From assembly GCA_963575745.1 (NCBI GenBank), contig CAUYUJ010000177.1, positions 62,001-117,193 on the forward strand: a stretch of DNA of 55,193 nt. Reading direction: 5' to 3'. Positions 13,365 through 24,289 of the stretch are shown here, piece by piece. The stretch's first letter is position 1; each line of letters opens with the position of its first letter. This DNA comes from Prorocentrum cordatum. Its lineage: Eukaryota. A program made the position numbers and the translations under genes. The notes beneath the pieces are model-generated. The model had not been told where the DNA came from, searched no databases, and saw nothing but the letters and a program-made list of their open reading frames with translations.

Positions 13365-13520
13365 TCAGGAGGGGAAAAACACACACAGACACAATTAATC
13401 GTCGATTCCCAGGAAAATAGGAAAATATGGGGAGTGGGGGGAAGACAGAAACCAATAAAAATATGGACAATTATTAGGAATATTTTTATTTGTGTGTATT
13501 TATTGGTGTGTACTGGGGCC
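13365..13520 (+). mobile_element. About 155-bp dispersed repeat, copy 2
   Basis: Homologous to 6516-6675; interrupts a CCAAGA-rich element. Confidence 0.85.
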
Positions 13521-13889
13521 ACTTCACAAGAGGCTCCCAGTAGGATCCAAAAGGCCCCCAAGAAGCTCCCAAGAGGGCCGAAGAGGTTCCAAGAGGCCTC
13601 CCAAGAATGCCCCAAGAGGCACAACTCATTGTTTCCCGATGGGACGGATTTCAAAATTCTTTACGCTTCGCGTATCCCCACCAGTCCATCTCACAGCAGC
13701 AACTCTTGCGAAGCATGCCGACAGTCGTGTTTTTCAGGCGTGTGTCCGCTTGGCCCCGCATATCTCCCCTGTTCCTCCTTCCTCCCGCCTCCTTGTACAT
13801 CCTCCTTGTGGGGGGAGCGGGAGAAGGACGAGGCGGAGGAGGAGGGAGAGAAAGCGCTCCTCGTGATTTGAGTCGTTTGGGGTTTCTCG

Positions 13890-14268
13890 TCCTGGTGTGA
13901 GTCGTTCGGGCCCTTCTTCCTGGTGTGAGTCGTTCGGGCTCTTCGTGGTGTGAGTCGTTCGGGCTCTTCGTCCTGGTGTGAGTCGTTCGGGCTTCTCGTG
14001 GTGTGAGTTGTTCGGGCCCCTCATCCTGGTGTGAGTCTTTCGGGCCCCTCCTCCTGGTGTGACTCGTTCGGGCTCCTCGTGGTGTGAGTCGTTCGGGGCC
14101 CGCGTCGTGGTGTGAGTCGTTCGGGCTCCTCGTGGTGTGAGTCGTTCGGGCGCCTCGTCCTGGTGTGAGTCGTTCGGGCCCCTCCTTGTGGTGTGAGTCG
14201 TTCGGGCTCTTCGTGGTGTGAGTCGTTCGGGCCCCTCGTCCTGGTGTGAGTCGTTCGGGCTCCTCGTG
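13890..14268 (+). repeat. 25-28-bp minisatellite GGTGTGAGTCGTTCGGGC(T/C)C(C/T)TCGT(CCT), about 14 copies
   Basis: Direct tandem array with no unique spacers. Confidence 0.93.
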
Positions 14269-15289
14269 GGGCCTCTTGGGGGCCTCTTGGAGCCTCTTGG
14301 GGCCTCTTGGGGGCCTCTTGGGGGCCTCTGGGGAGCCTCTTGGGGGCCTCTTGGGGCCTCTTGGGGCCTCTTGGGGGCCTCTTGGGGGCCTCTTGGGGGC
14401 CTCTTGGGGCCGCTTGGGGGCCTCTGGGGGCCTCTTGGAGGCCTCTTGGGAGCCTCCTGGGGGCCTTTTGGGGCCATCTTGCCTCTTGCGACCTCCTCAG
14501 AAGCGCAAATGAGGGCTGCCCCCTGAGAAGGACAACATGAGCCCAAAACCTTTGTAAAATCAGTGATTTTGCTATGAAGGAAGATGAGCGCGGCCCCCTC
14601 AGGAGGCCGACATGTGGCCAAAACCCTAGTAAAATCAATGTTTTTGGCTTCAAAGACGAGCAGAGGGGCCAAACTACCTCCCCCCCTCGAGACCAGAATC
14701 CTCGTGAGGGTCGTCGTTTTTTGGCCCTCCCAGGAGTCGAAAAAGACCCCCTTGATCCCACTCGGCCCGCCCTCTCCAGGTCCAGGGGAGGGGGTAGGGG
14801 GAGGGGTAAACCCCTCCCCGAAGGGGAAGATAGGGGGTTAGGGGGTTGAGAACAGAGAGAGCTCCCTAAACCACTCACGCCCAAAGGGCTGGTGGGATTG
14901 AATCGCTTCGCTCATTCCGCCGGCCCGTATTGTGCCATCGCGGGGTCGTGGGGGGTCTTGGGGGCCTTTGGAAGCTTCGTGGGAGCTTCTTGGGAACTTT
15001 GGGAGGCCTCGTGGATGGCTCTGGGTGGGCCCTCTTGTTGGTCTCTTGGGGGGGTCTGCCTGGCCTCTTGGGGGCCTCCTGGGAGCTTCCTGGGGGTCTC
15101 TTGGGGGCCTCTTGGGGCTTTCTTGCGGCCTGTTGGGGGCCTCTTGGGGCTCTCTTGGGGGCTTCGTGGGGCTACTTGGGGGCTTGTAGGGGCATTTCGG
15201 GGGCGTGTTTGGGCGGGAGGCTCAAAATTTCCGTTCAGGTTGCCCCTGTGGACCTCAATCATGGGGCCGTCTTGGGGCCTCTTGGACCG

Positions 15290-16370
15290 TCTTGAGGGTT
15301 TCTTGGGCCTTCTTGGAGCGCTGTTGGGCCGTCTTTGAGCGGTCTTGAGGGTCTCTCGGGCCGTCTTGGGGTGATCTTGGGGGCTTCTTGGACCGCCTTG
15401 AAAGGTGTGAAAGACGAAGAGGCGGATATGTTAAAAATGCACGCTTTCCTAAGGGAATGGGACGATTTTTGCTAGTGGGAGCCCTCTTGGGACGCCGCTT
15501 AGGGACCTCTTGGGGCGTCTTGAAGGCCTGTTGGGCCGTCTTGAGGCCATCGTAGGCGTTTGGGGGTGATATTTCGGCGTCTCCCGGCTCTCTTGGACCG
15601 TCTGGAGGGCTTCTCGGGCCCCTCTTGGACCGATTTGGAGCCCTCCTGGGCTCCGAAAAAGAGTTCTTGAGGGTTTCTTGGGCCTTCTTGGAGCGCTCTT
15701 GGGCCGTCTTTGAGCGGTCTAGAGGGTCTCTCGGGCCGTCTTGGGGTGATCTTGGAGGCCTCTTGGACCGCCTTGAAAGGTGTGAAAGACGAAGAGGCGG
15801 ATATGTTAAAAATGCACGTTTTCCTAAGGGAATGGGACGATTTTTGCTAGTGGGAGCCCTCTTGGGACGCCGCTTAAGGACCTCTTAGGGACCTCTTGGG
15901 GCGTCTTGAAGGCCTGTTGGGCCGTCTTGAGGCCATCGTAGGCGTTTGGGAGTGATATTTCGGCGTCTCCCGGCTCTCTTGGACCGTCTGGAGGGCTTCT
16001 CGGGCCCCTCTTGGACCGATTTGGAGCCCTCCTGGGCTCCGAAAAAGAGTTCTTGAGGGTTTCTTGGGCCTTCTTGGAGCGCTCTTGGGCCGTCTTTGAG
16101 CGGTCTTGAGGGTCTCTCGGGCCGTCTTGGGGTGATCTTGGGGGCCTCTTGGACCGCCTTGAAAGGTGTGAAAGACGAAGAGGCGGATATGTTAAAAATG
16201 CACGTTTTCCTAAGGGAATGGGACGATTTTTGCTTGTGGGAGCCCTCTTGGGGCGCCGCTTAGTGACCTCTTGGGGCGTCTTGAAGGCCTGTTGGGCCGT
16301 CTTGAGGCCACCGCAGGCGTTTGGGAGTGATATTTCGGCGTCTCCCGGCACTCTTGGACCGTCTGGAGGG
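15290..16370 (+). repeat. Young tandem triplication of a unit of about 375 bp
   Basis: AAAGGTGTGAAAGACGAAGAGGCGGATATG at 15401, 15776 and 16162; copies nearly identical. Confidence 0.93.
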
Positions 16371-16500
16371 CTTGCCGGGACCTTGCCGGGACCTTGCCGG
16401 GACCTTGCCGGGACCTTGCCGGGACCTTGCCGGGACCTTGCCAGGACCTTGCCGGGACCTTGCCGGGACCTTGCCGGGACCTTGCCGGGACCTTGCTGGG
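16371..16500 (+). repeat. 11-bp tandem repeat (GGGACCTTGCC)n
   Basis: About 11 copies. Confidence 0.95.
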
Positions 16501-17044
16501 GTACTTTTCGTCCGGGGACCCCCAGGGCCCGCCCCGCGCGCGCGAATTAGAAATATTGTTGAGCAGTTACCGGGGATCTTAGCACGCCTCTGGCCCGATA
16601 GGATATTGACGTATTTCAAAATTTTCAGCCTTTTGGCATCCCGGCGCTCCATGACGGCCCAAGAGACTTCCAAGACAGCTCCGAGATAGCCGAAGAGGTC
16701 TCTAAGAGGGCCCCAGGGCGGCCCACGACGGCCCCAAGACGGTGCCTGAGGCGCCCAAGACGGCCCAAGAGGGCCCCAAGACGGCTGGCCTTCCCCGTTG
16801 CGGCAGCTCTGGTTCTGGCAAAGGCAATTTCGGGTATCGCGTGCCAAGCCCAGTGCCGGCGGCAACTCCCCGTGCGCGCCATGCCTTGCCCAGGTTCCAG
16901 GCCGAGTGGGCCCGCTGCCTGCTTTTATCGCAGTGCTTCCCCTGGGTGGGCACCCAGGGGCCGTGTCATGTTCCGTTGGGCCCGCGGTGTGGTCGCCTCC
17001 ACGTGGCTTCTGGAAACAGGTCAGGTGATGGCAGCTGTGCCAAC

Positions 17045-17230
17045 CCCAGACCCCCTCGCGTCGTGAAAAAATCACGACGGAATGTTTTTCACTATTTTCG
17101 CCCTCTGGAGGTCCTCACCGGGCCGCGGGAGCGTCAAAAAACGACTCAGGATGAAAAGCCGGTCCCGGGGAAAGGGTCCAGACCTCTGGGGGTCGACGTC
17201 ATGAAAAAATCACGACGTCGGGGGTCTGGG
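17045..17230. mobile_element. MITE (186 bp) with CCCAGAC...GTCTGGG terminal inverted repeats
   Basis: About 21-bp imperfect TIR; subterminal palindromes CGTC(G/A)TGA-AAAAA-TCACGACG. Confidence 0.8.
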
Positions 17231-17674
17231 ACCCCAGGCATTGACGCCCACGCGGCGGTGTCGGAGGCGCCCGCCGCAGCAGCTCGGGCGTTGCCCGTCG
17301 CCGGGCGCGAGCTGTTCAGGCCGTGGAATGGAGCGCGCGCTCGTTCTCCAGGCCGTGCAGGCAGGGGGCGGGGGGGAACTGGACACAGCAGGCTCCACCA
17401 CCCTCTCCGCCCTCGGGCGGCCCTTCGTGAGCTCGGTCCCCGGGGCAGCGCGGGTGCCCTGGCAACGGCTGGAAGTGGACGGCCACCGGCACCACTGGCG
17501 GCACCGTGGGCTTCGGCCCTGGACCCGGGCTTCGGGGCAGCGGCCGCTTCCGCGCTTCACCGGTGAGGGGTGAGGACCCGAGCTGTGCTTCCCGACGGCG
17601 CCGCCGCGCTTGTGTACCAGCCGTTCCTGGAGGGCCTAGCAACGCTAGACCGCGCCTGCCATGTTGACTACGTG

Positions 17675-17861
17675 CCCAGACATCCGACGCCTCGATTTTT
17701 TCGAGACGTGGGCCCCCGACCTCCCGACCACTTCCCCCTTGGCCGGTTTTTCGCCCCGAGTCGTTTTGTTGACGGTCCCGAAGCCCGGCGAGCGCCCCGA
17801 GGGGCCGAGAACGACAAAAAAAACCTCCGCCTCGATTTTTCCGAGACGCCCGATGTCTGGG
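17675..17861. mobile_element. MITE (187 bp), same family in opposite orientation
   Basis: CCCAGACATC...GATGTCTGGG TIR; interior is the diverged reverse complement of 17045-17230. Confidence 0.78.
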
Positions 17862-18924
17862 ATATGCAGCGCCCTCTGCCTCGCCTTCGACCAGCCTGCT
17901 CACGTGCGTTGGCCCCTGCCAGAAGTGTGACGGGCACGGGGAGCGCCGCTGTGCTCTCGAGTCGCTGCTTGTCCGCGCACCTGGTCGCTTGTCGCGCGGG
18001 TTGGCCGGAGGGGCCAAGGCTCGTGCGGGCGTCGCTCTGCTGCCTCGGCCGCTGCCTCGGGAGGGGGCGTTTGGGTTTCGCTCTCTGCCCTCGCTTCCAA
18101 CCTCCTCTCCCCCTCCTCCCGGGGTCGGGCGGCTGCCTGGCTGCGTCGGCCCTGGCTGGTGCTTGGCCCGCAGCGGCCTCCCCCTGCCCCTCCTGTGGTC
18201 CGCTTTGCCTCTCCCTCCCTCCCGCCCCCCTCGCCCCCCTTCCCCCTCGCCCAGCGCGCCCTGGGCCGCCCTGGGCGGAGGGGGTGGGGCCAAGCGCCAG
18301 CCGCGCACTCGCTCGAATTGCTTGCCCTCGCTTCCAGTTGAGGTCCCAAGCTGGGGATCAAAGACTCCCTCCACGCGAGGGCCGCAACGTAGGCTCTCGG
18401 GGCGGGCGCTTCGGTGCCTCCCGCCACGCCCTCTGTGACCAGAAACGAAACAAGAACCATGCGTTGCGCTAAGGCGAGAACCACCGTTATATCACGACTC
18501 CAGCCTTGCACTTTGAATCGGATGTGCGCAGCATCAAGGCAAACGCCACATGTTAAGAATCACCGCGTCTTATCTCTGATGCTGTTGCACATTCGAGCCC
18601 CAGGTTCAGAAATGGCGAGGACGTCTCTGGCGAAACGTCCGCTTCACCAAGCCGGCACGTCTGGGGGTGCAAAGGAAAACCTTAGCGGAAGGATAAGGGA
18701 TGGAGGATGGGGGGGTGCAGGATGGAGAGGGTGAAGGAGAGTGCAGGGGGCCCCTCGCCGCCCAGGCGCCGCGCGGCGCCTCCGTCCGCGCCACTGCCAC
18801 CGCGGCTGCCGCCGAGCTCAGGCGGGCGCGCCCGCCGCGGCGGCGGCGCCCGTGGCGCGGAGAAAGAAAGCGGGCCGCAGCCGGCGGGGCAAGCGCACGC
18901 GCGCACGGCGCAGGGCGCCGCCGC

Positions 18925-19063
18925 CGACGACGACGCCGATGCCGACGCCGAACGAAACGCCGAACGCCGACGCCGACGACGACGACGATGACGCCGACGA
19001 CGACGACGCCAACAACGCGACGACCATAACAACGACGACGGCGGCGGCGGTGGCGGCGGCGGT

Positions 19064-19094
<31 letters not shown>

Positions 19095-19347
19095 ATGAGT
19101 GCAGGCGTCGGCGAAACGACGACGGACGATACGGCAGCGGCGGCGGCGACGGCGGGAGACGACGACGACGACGACGACGACCACATGGCAGCGGTGGCGA
19201 CGACAGCGGGCGACGACGTCGACGACGCCGACGACGACGACGCCGACGCCGACGACCACGACGACCACGACGACGCCCACGACGACGACGGTGGTGGCGG
19301 CGGCGGCGGCGACGACGACGACGACGACAACGTCGACGACGACTGCG

Positions 19348-19380
<33 letters not shown>

Positions 19381-19817
19381 ACGGCAGCGCACGGCGCAGG
19401 GCGCCGCCGACGACGCCGACGCCGACGCCGACGCCGCCGAAGACGCCGACGCCGACGCCGACGACGCCGACGCCGACGACGACGACGACCACGACGCCGA
19501 CAACGACGACGACCACGGCGACGACGACGACGACGACGACCACGACGGCGACGACGACGACGACGACTGCGGCGGCGGCGGCATCGACGACAACGACGAC
19601 GACGAAGACGAAGACAACGACGACGACGACTGCGGGCGGCGTCGACGACGACAACGACACGGCAGCGGAGGCGGCGACTGCGGGAAACAACGACCGCGAC
19701 GACGACGACGCTGGCATGGCACCGGCGGCGACGACGGCGGGCGACTAACACGACGACGACGCCGACGACGACGACGACGCCGACAGACCACGCCGGACCA
19801 CGACGACGACTTCGATG

Positions 19818-19851
<34 letters not shown>

Positions 19852-19864
19852 TGGCGGTGGCGGT

Positions 19865-19895
<31 letters not shown>

Positions 19896-20171
19896 ACGAC
19901 CAATACGACGGCAGCGACGCCGACGACGACTACGACGACGCCGACGACGATGTCGTCGACGACCACGACGACGACGACCACGACGACGACGCCGACGACG
20001 ACGACGACCACGACCACTACGACGACCACGATGACGACGACGACCACTACGACGACGATGACGACAACGACGACGACATGGCAACGGCGGCGACGACGGT
20101 GGGCGACGACGACGACGACGACGACGCTGACGCCGACAGACCGCGACGACCGCGACGGCGACGTCGAGGAG

Positions 20172-20203
<32 letters not shown>

Positions 20204-20450
20204 CAGCGGCGGTGGCGGCGGTGGCGGTGGCGGCGGCGGCGGCGGCGACGACAACGCCGACGACGACGACGCCACCGCCGACGATCACGACGACGACCAC
20301 GGCGACGACCACGACGACGCCCACGACGACGACGACGCCGACGACCACGACGACGAGAACCACGACGTTGACGACGACGACGACGACGACGACGATAAGG
20401 ACGATAAGGACGACGACGACGATGACTACGACGACGACGACGACGTCGAG
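18925..20450. repeat. Degenerate (GAC/GGC)n trinucleotide block
   Basis: Direct. Confidence 0.95.
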
Positions 20451-20649
20451 GCAAACAGAACAGCGTCCTCCACACGCCGACGGGGTCGGCGGAGTTTCGT
20501 CCTTCGTTCGCTCGTGTCCCTGTCCCCCCCCCCTGGCCTACTCCTGGCCCTCGCCCCAGCCTCCTCGCTGCCACCGGGCCCCCCTCGTGGCCGGCCCTGC
20601 CCCTGGACCTCGCCGCAGCCCCGCTGCCCCTGCTGCCAGGGCCCTGTAT

Positions 20650-22350
20650 TTTTTCGTCCTCGTTCGCTCGCTCGTCGTGGTTTTGCCCCCCCAAGTTCCC
20701 CAAGTTTTGCCCCCCAAGTTCGTGTTTTTTTTGCAATCCTTCGGGTTTTTTTTTGCAATCCTTCGTTTTTTTGCAATCCTTCGCCCCCGGCCTCCGCCCC
20801 AGTCCCGGCCCCCGCCCCAGCCCCGTCGCTCCCACTGGCCCGCCCCCTCGCCAACCCCGGCCCCAGGGCCCTCTATCTTCGCCGCCCGTTTGTTCCTGCG
20901 CTCGCGGCCTGCGCCCCCCCCCCCTCCCGCGGCCTGCCCCTTGCCATCCCCAGCCCCCCCGCCCCTCCTGGCGCCGGGGCCCTTCATTTTCGGTGTTCGT
21001 TCGTGGCCTGCCCCCATCCCCTGGCCCGCCCCTGGGCCTCCGCCCCAGCCCCCCCCACTCCCATCATAACCCACCGACCCTTGATTCCCGTTCGTCTGTC
21101 GTTCGTTCGTCGTTTCGTCTGTTCGTTCGTTCTTTCGTAGCCCCCCCCCTCCCGCCTCTGGGGGCCCCCTTCCTCTGGCCTAGGCCGTCCCGATACCCCC
21201 CCCCCCCGACTCTTCATTTTTTTTCGTTCGTCGTTCGTTCGTCGTTCGTTCGTGGTTCCCTCCCCACCCCCACCCTCGTAACATTTTCTTTGGGTGGAGG
21301 ACACAGGGTGAAATCTGAGCCGTCTCGATGGATTTTCGAGGCTTGAATCTGCCAGCGGTGAATCACAAGACGGATTGATTTTCGAGGGGCAAAAGCCCGT
21401 ATGGATTTCACCCTGAGCCCTCCACCCGAAGAAAATGCTTAGACCCTCGCCTCAGGGGAGGCTGCTGGGGGGGGAGGCCTCCGCGGAACCGTCCGAGGGG
21501 CCTCCCTGGGAGTACTTCGGGGAAGGCCCAATTTTTTCTCGTTCGTCGTTCGTTCGTCGTTCGTTCGTGGTTCCCTCCCCAGACCCACCCTGGCCTCCCT
21601 GCCCGCAGGGGAGGCTGGCGGGGGGGAGGCCTCCAGGGAACCGTCCGAGGGGCCTCCCTGGGAATACTTCGGGGACGGCCCCTGGAGGCGCGACGTCCCT
21701 CCCACCCACCCCAATGCCCCCAGACCCTGTCTTTTCGCCGTCGTTCGTCGTTCGTTCGCTCGCTCGCTCGCTCGCTCGTTCGTCGTTCGTTCGTCTTTCG
21801 TTCGTCGTTGCTGCGTCCGCTCGTTCGTCGCTGCTTCGTGCGTTCGTCGTTCGTTCGCTCGTCGTTCGGCCCTCGGGGAGCTGCCCGGCGGGCGCCCTCC
21901 GGGGGGCCCCCGAGGAGGCCTCGGCTCGGGGCCCTCGGCCGGGAGCGCCGCGCCGCGGCCGCGGGGGAGCCCGGCGGAGCCCGGGCACGGTGCCCCGTAG
22001 CCTCTGCCGCCTGCGCCCTCCGGCGCCTCGGCCGCCCGCTTCTCGCGTCTCTCCCCTCCCCGGCCTCCCCGGCCTCCGCCCTCCTCCCGCCTGCCTCCGC
22101 CTCCCTCCTCCCCAGCCTCCCGTCCCAGCCTCCTCCCTCCTCCCTCCTCCCTCCTGCGCCAGCGCCTCGCCCTCGAGCTCCCGCCTTCTTGGGGTGTTCG
22201 GGGGAAGCCTCCGGAGCAACTCCGGGGGAAGCCTCCGGAGCAACTCCAGGGGGAGGGGGCCGTCCAGGGCTTCTCTGGAGGGCCCCTGGCGGGGACCTCA
22301 TCTGGAATACCTCGGGGATGACCTCTGGGGGAGCCGCTGGTGGAGCCGCT
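20650..22350 (+). repeat. GC-rich repeat region with (TTCG/TCG)n tracts and recurring GG(A/G)ATAC(T/C)TCGGGG units
   Basis: Internal duplications, for example 21455-21530 versus 21610-21685. Confidence 0.6.
21281..21439. mobile_element. MITE (about 160 bp) with about 34-bp TIRs, flanked by TA
   Basis: CATTTTCTTTGGGTGGAGGACACAGGGTGAAATC (21282-21315) matches the reverse complement of 21404-21437 with 3 mismatches. TA on both flanks is consistent with a Tc1/mariner TSD. Confidence 0.82.
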
Positions 22351-23034
22351 CGGAGATCTTTCTTACCTAGCACAGCTGTGTTGTAGAGCTCGGGGCCCTT
22401 CATTCTCGCCGCCATTCGTTCGTTCGCTCATCGCCCCCCCAGGCCACCCTACCCTTGTCTCCTCATGATGGTCATGTTGACCCCAAGAGGGCACCAGGCT
22501 AGCACCGAGAACCCCCCCCTCTCATGCCGCTTTTCCTGGCCCTCGTCCTCCTCGTGCAAGAGCTGGGGCGTGCTTGCCACTTGTTTGGAAAGCGGACCGC
22601 CAGATATTGCGCATGATGCTGCGCACTCCAGCACCGAGATCAGCAACACATCGAACCAGAGCCACAACATCCCATCAATGGCGAGCTCGAGCCATGGGTA
22701 TATTACATCCGACCGTTCACTAAGAACGCATAATACATGCTCTTCGACGGTCCACCACCACTGTAAATGGACGAGTGGGTTTCGATCCAACGCTAGCGAA
22801 AAATAATCGAAACAAAGCAGTTCGGATTTACGATGGAACGCAGAACAAGACCAATTGTGTGGTGCGCGGTGCGCGATGGAAACCAAGTCACCCGACACAG
22901 TCTTTGTCTCTGAGGATATCCGACGGTATGTGTGGCCTGATCGGACCTCCATAGTCTGCGTTGGCATGCGGGGGATCAGTGAATCAACTCGTGGAGACTG
23001 GACTTGGACTGCGCCTGGTCTTGTTGTGTATTTT

Positions 23035-23199
23035 TCAGGAGTGGAAAAAACCCACAGACACAATTAATCGTCCATTCCCCAGAAAATATGGGAAAATATG
23101 GGAAGTGGTGGGGAAGACGAAAATCCAGAAAATATAGGAAAATATGGGGAATCTTTTTGTGTGTGTGTGTGTGTGTTTATTAGTGTGTCCTGGGGCCCC
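23035..23199 (+). mobile_element. About 155-bp dispersed repeat, copy 3
   Basis: Homologous to copies 1 and 2. Confidence 0.85.
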
Positions 23200-24289
23200 T
23201 TTGATTTTTGTTGTCTTACCTTTGTTCCTTCTCAGCTTCTCACACGGCTGGCGCTTCATGTGCCCGCAGCGACGCCTCTGCCGGCGACCGCTGCAAGCAA
23301 GCCCGGCGTCCGACGTCCTGGGCCTGTGCGTGTGGTGCTTGGGCCTACGTTGTGGCGTGAAGCTCGGGCAGGGAATTCGGGACCAAGACTTAGGTCGGGC
23401 CTGTCCCTCTGCAGGGGGAATATTCAGGAATAGCCGAAAAGTAGTACAGGGACGATTTTTGAATCTCTCTCTCTCTCTCTCTCTTTCTATATATATATAT
23501 ATATTTGTGGGGTGCATTTTCTTTCCATCTTTCGTCCAGAATCCGCCTGTATGGGGGACATGTCCGAGCTAAACCAAGACGCAAGATCGCAGACTGAAGT
23601 GGTGGTGGCGTCTGCGGGTTGTGAGGGGTCCAGGCCTGCAGCGTCTGGGCCCGTTGCGTCTGTGCCTGTGCTTTCTTGGCCTCTGGTTGTGATGCGGTCG
23701 GGAGCTCGGGCTGCGCGGACTGCCCGCATGGTGCGGGGTCTGGGCCTTGCTTTTCCAGGCTCGCCGTGCCTTGGTCCGTGGTGCCTGGGCTCGTTGTGTC
23801 TGGGTCAGTGGTGTCGTTTCTCCCTGCCGCATCTTCGCCTCCTCGCCCCCCTTCATTCTTGACAGCACGGGCAACGACCACAGGGCCCAGTCGGGCGACT
23901 GGCGCAGGGGCGCTGCGAGCTGGAACCGTGTGGGCGAACAGGGTCGGGACACGACGGCCGCGGACGCACGACGAAGGAGACGCACGGGGGGAGGGGGGGG
24001 CCGCGAGGCGGAAGCGCGGTGCGAGGCAGGCTCGTCCGGCCCGAGCCGCCTTTAGTTTCCCGTCCGCTGGCCTGTTTTCCGCCCCCCCCCTCCCGACGTT
24101 CGGTTCGCCTCCCGCCCCGCTTGTTCTTGCGTGTTTTGGCTCGCGTGCCGCGTCTTGCGTCCAGGGGGGGGGGCTGGGGAGCGTTGCCGTGTCCTCCTGG
24201 CCCTCCTCCTCCTCCTGCTCCTCCTCCTCCTCCTCCTCTTCCTTTTCCTCCTCCTCCTCATCCTCTTCCTAGCTCCTAGCCCCTTCTGT

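Noticed and set aside
13890..14268. CRISPR-like regularly spaced repeats
   Set aside because: Units are contiguous with no unique spacers, no cas genes are present and the context is eukaryotic; it is a minisatellite.
18606..21140. Long ORFs (up to 585 aa)
   Set aside because: Translations of stop-free GAC/GGC repeats in several frames; the same applies to 46061-48550, 34700-36350 and 39628-40894.
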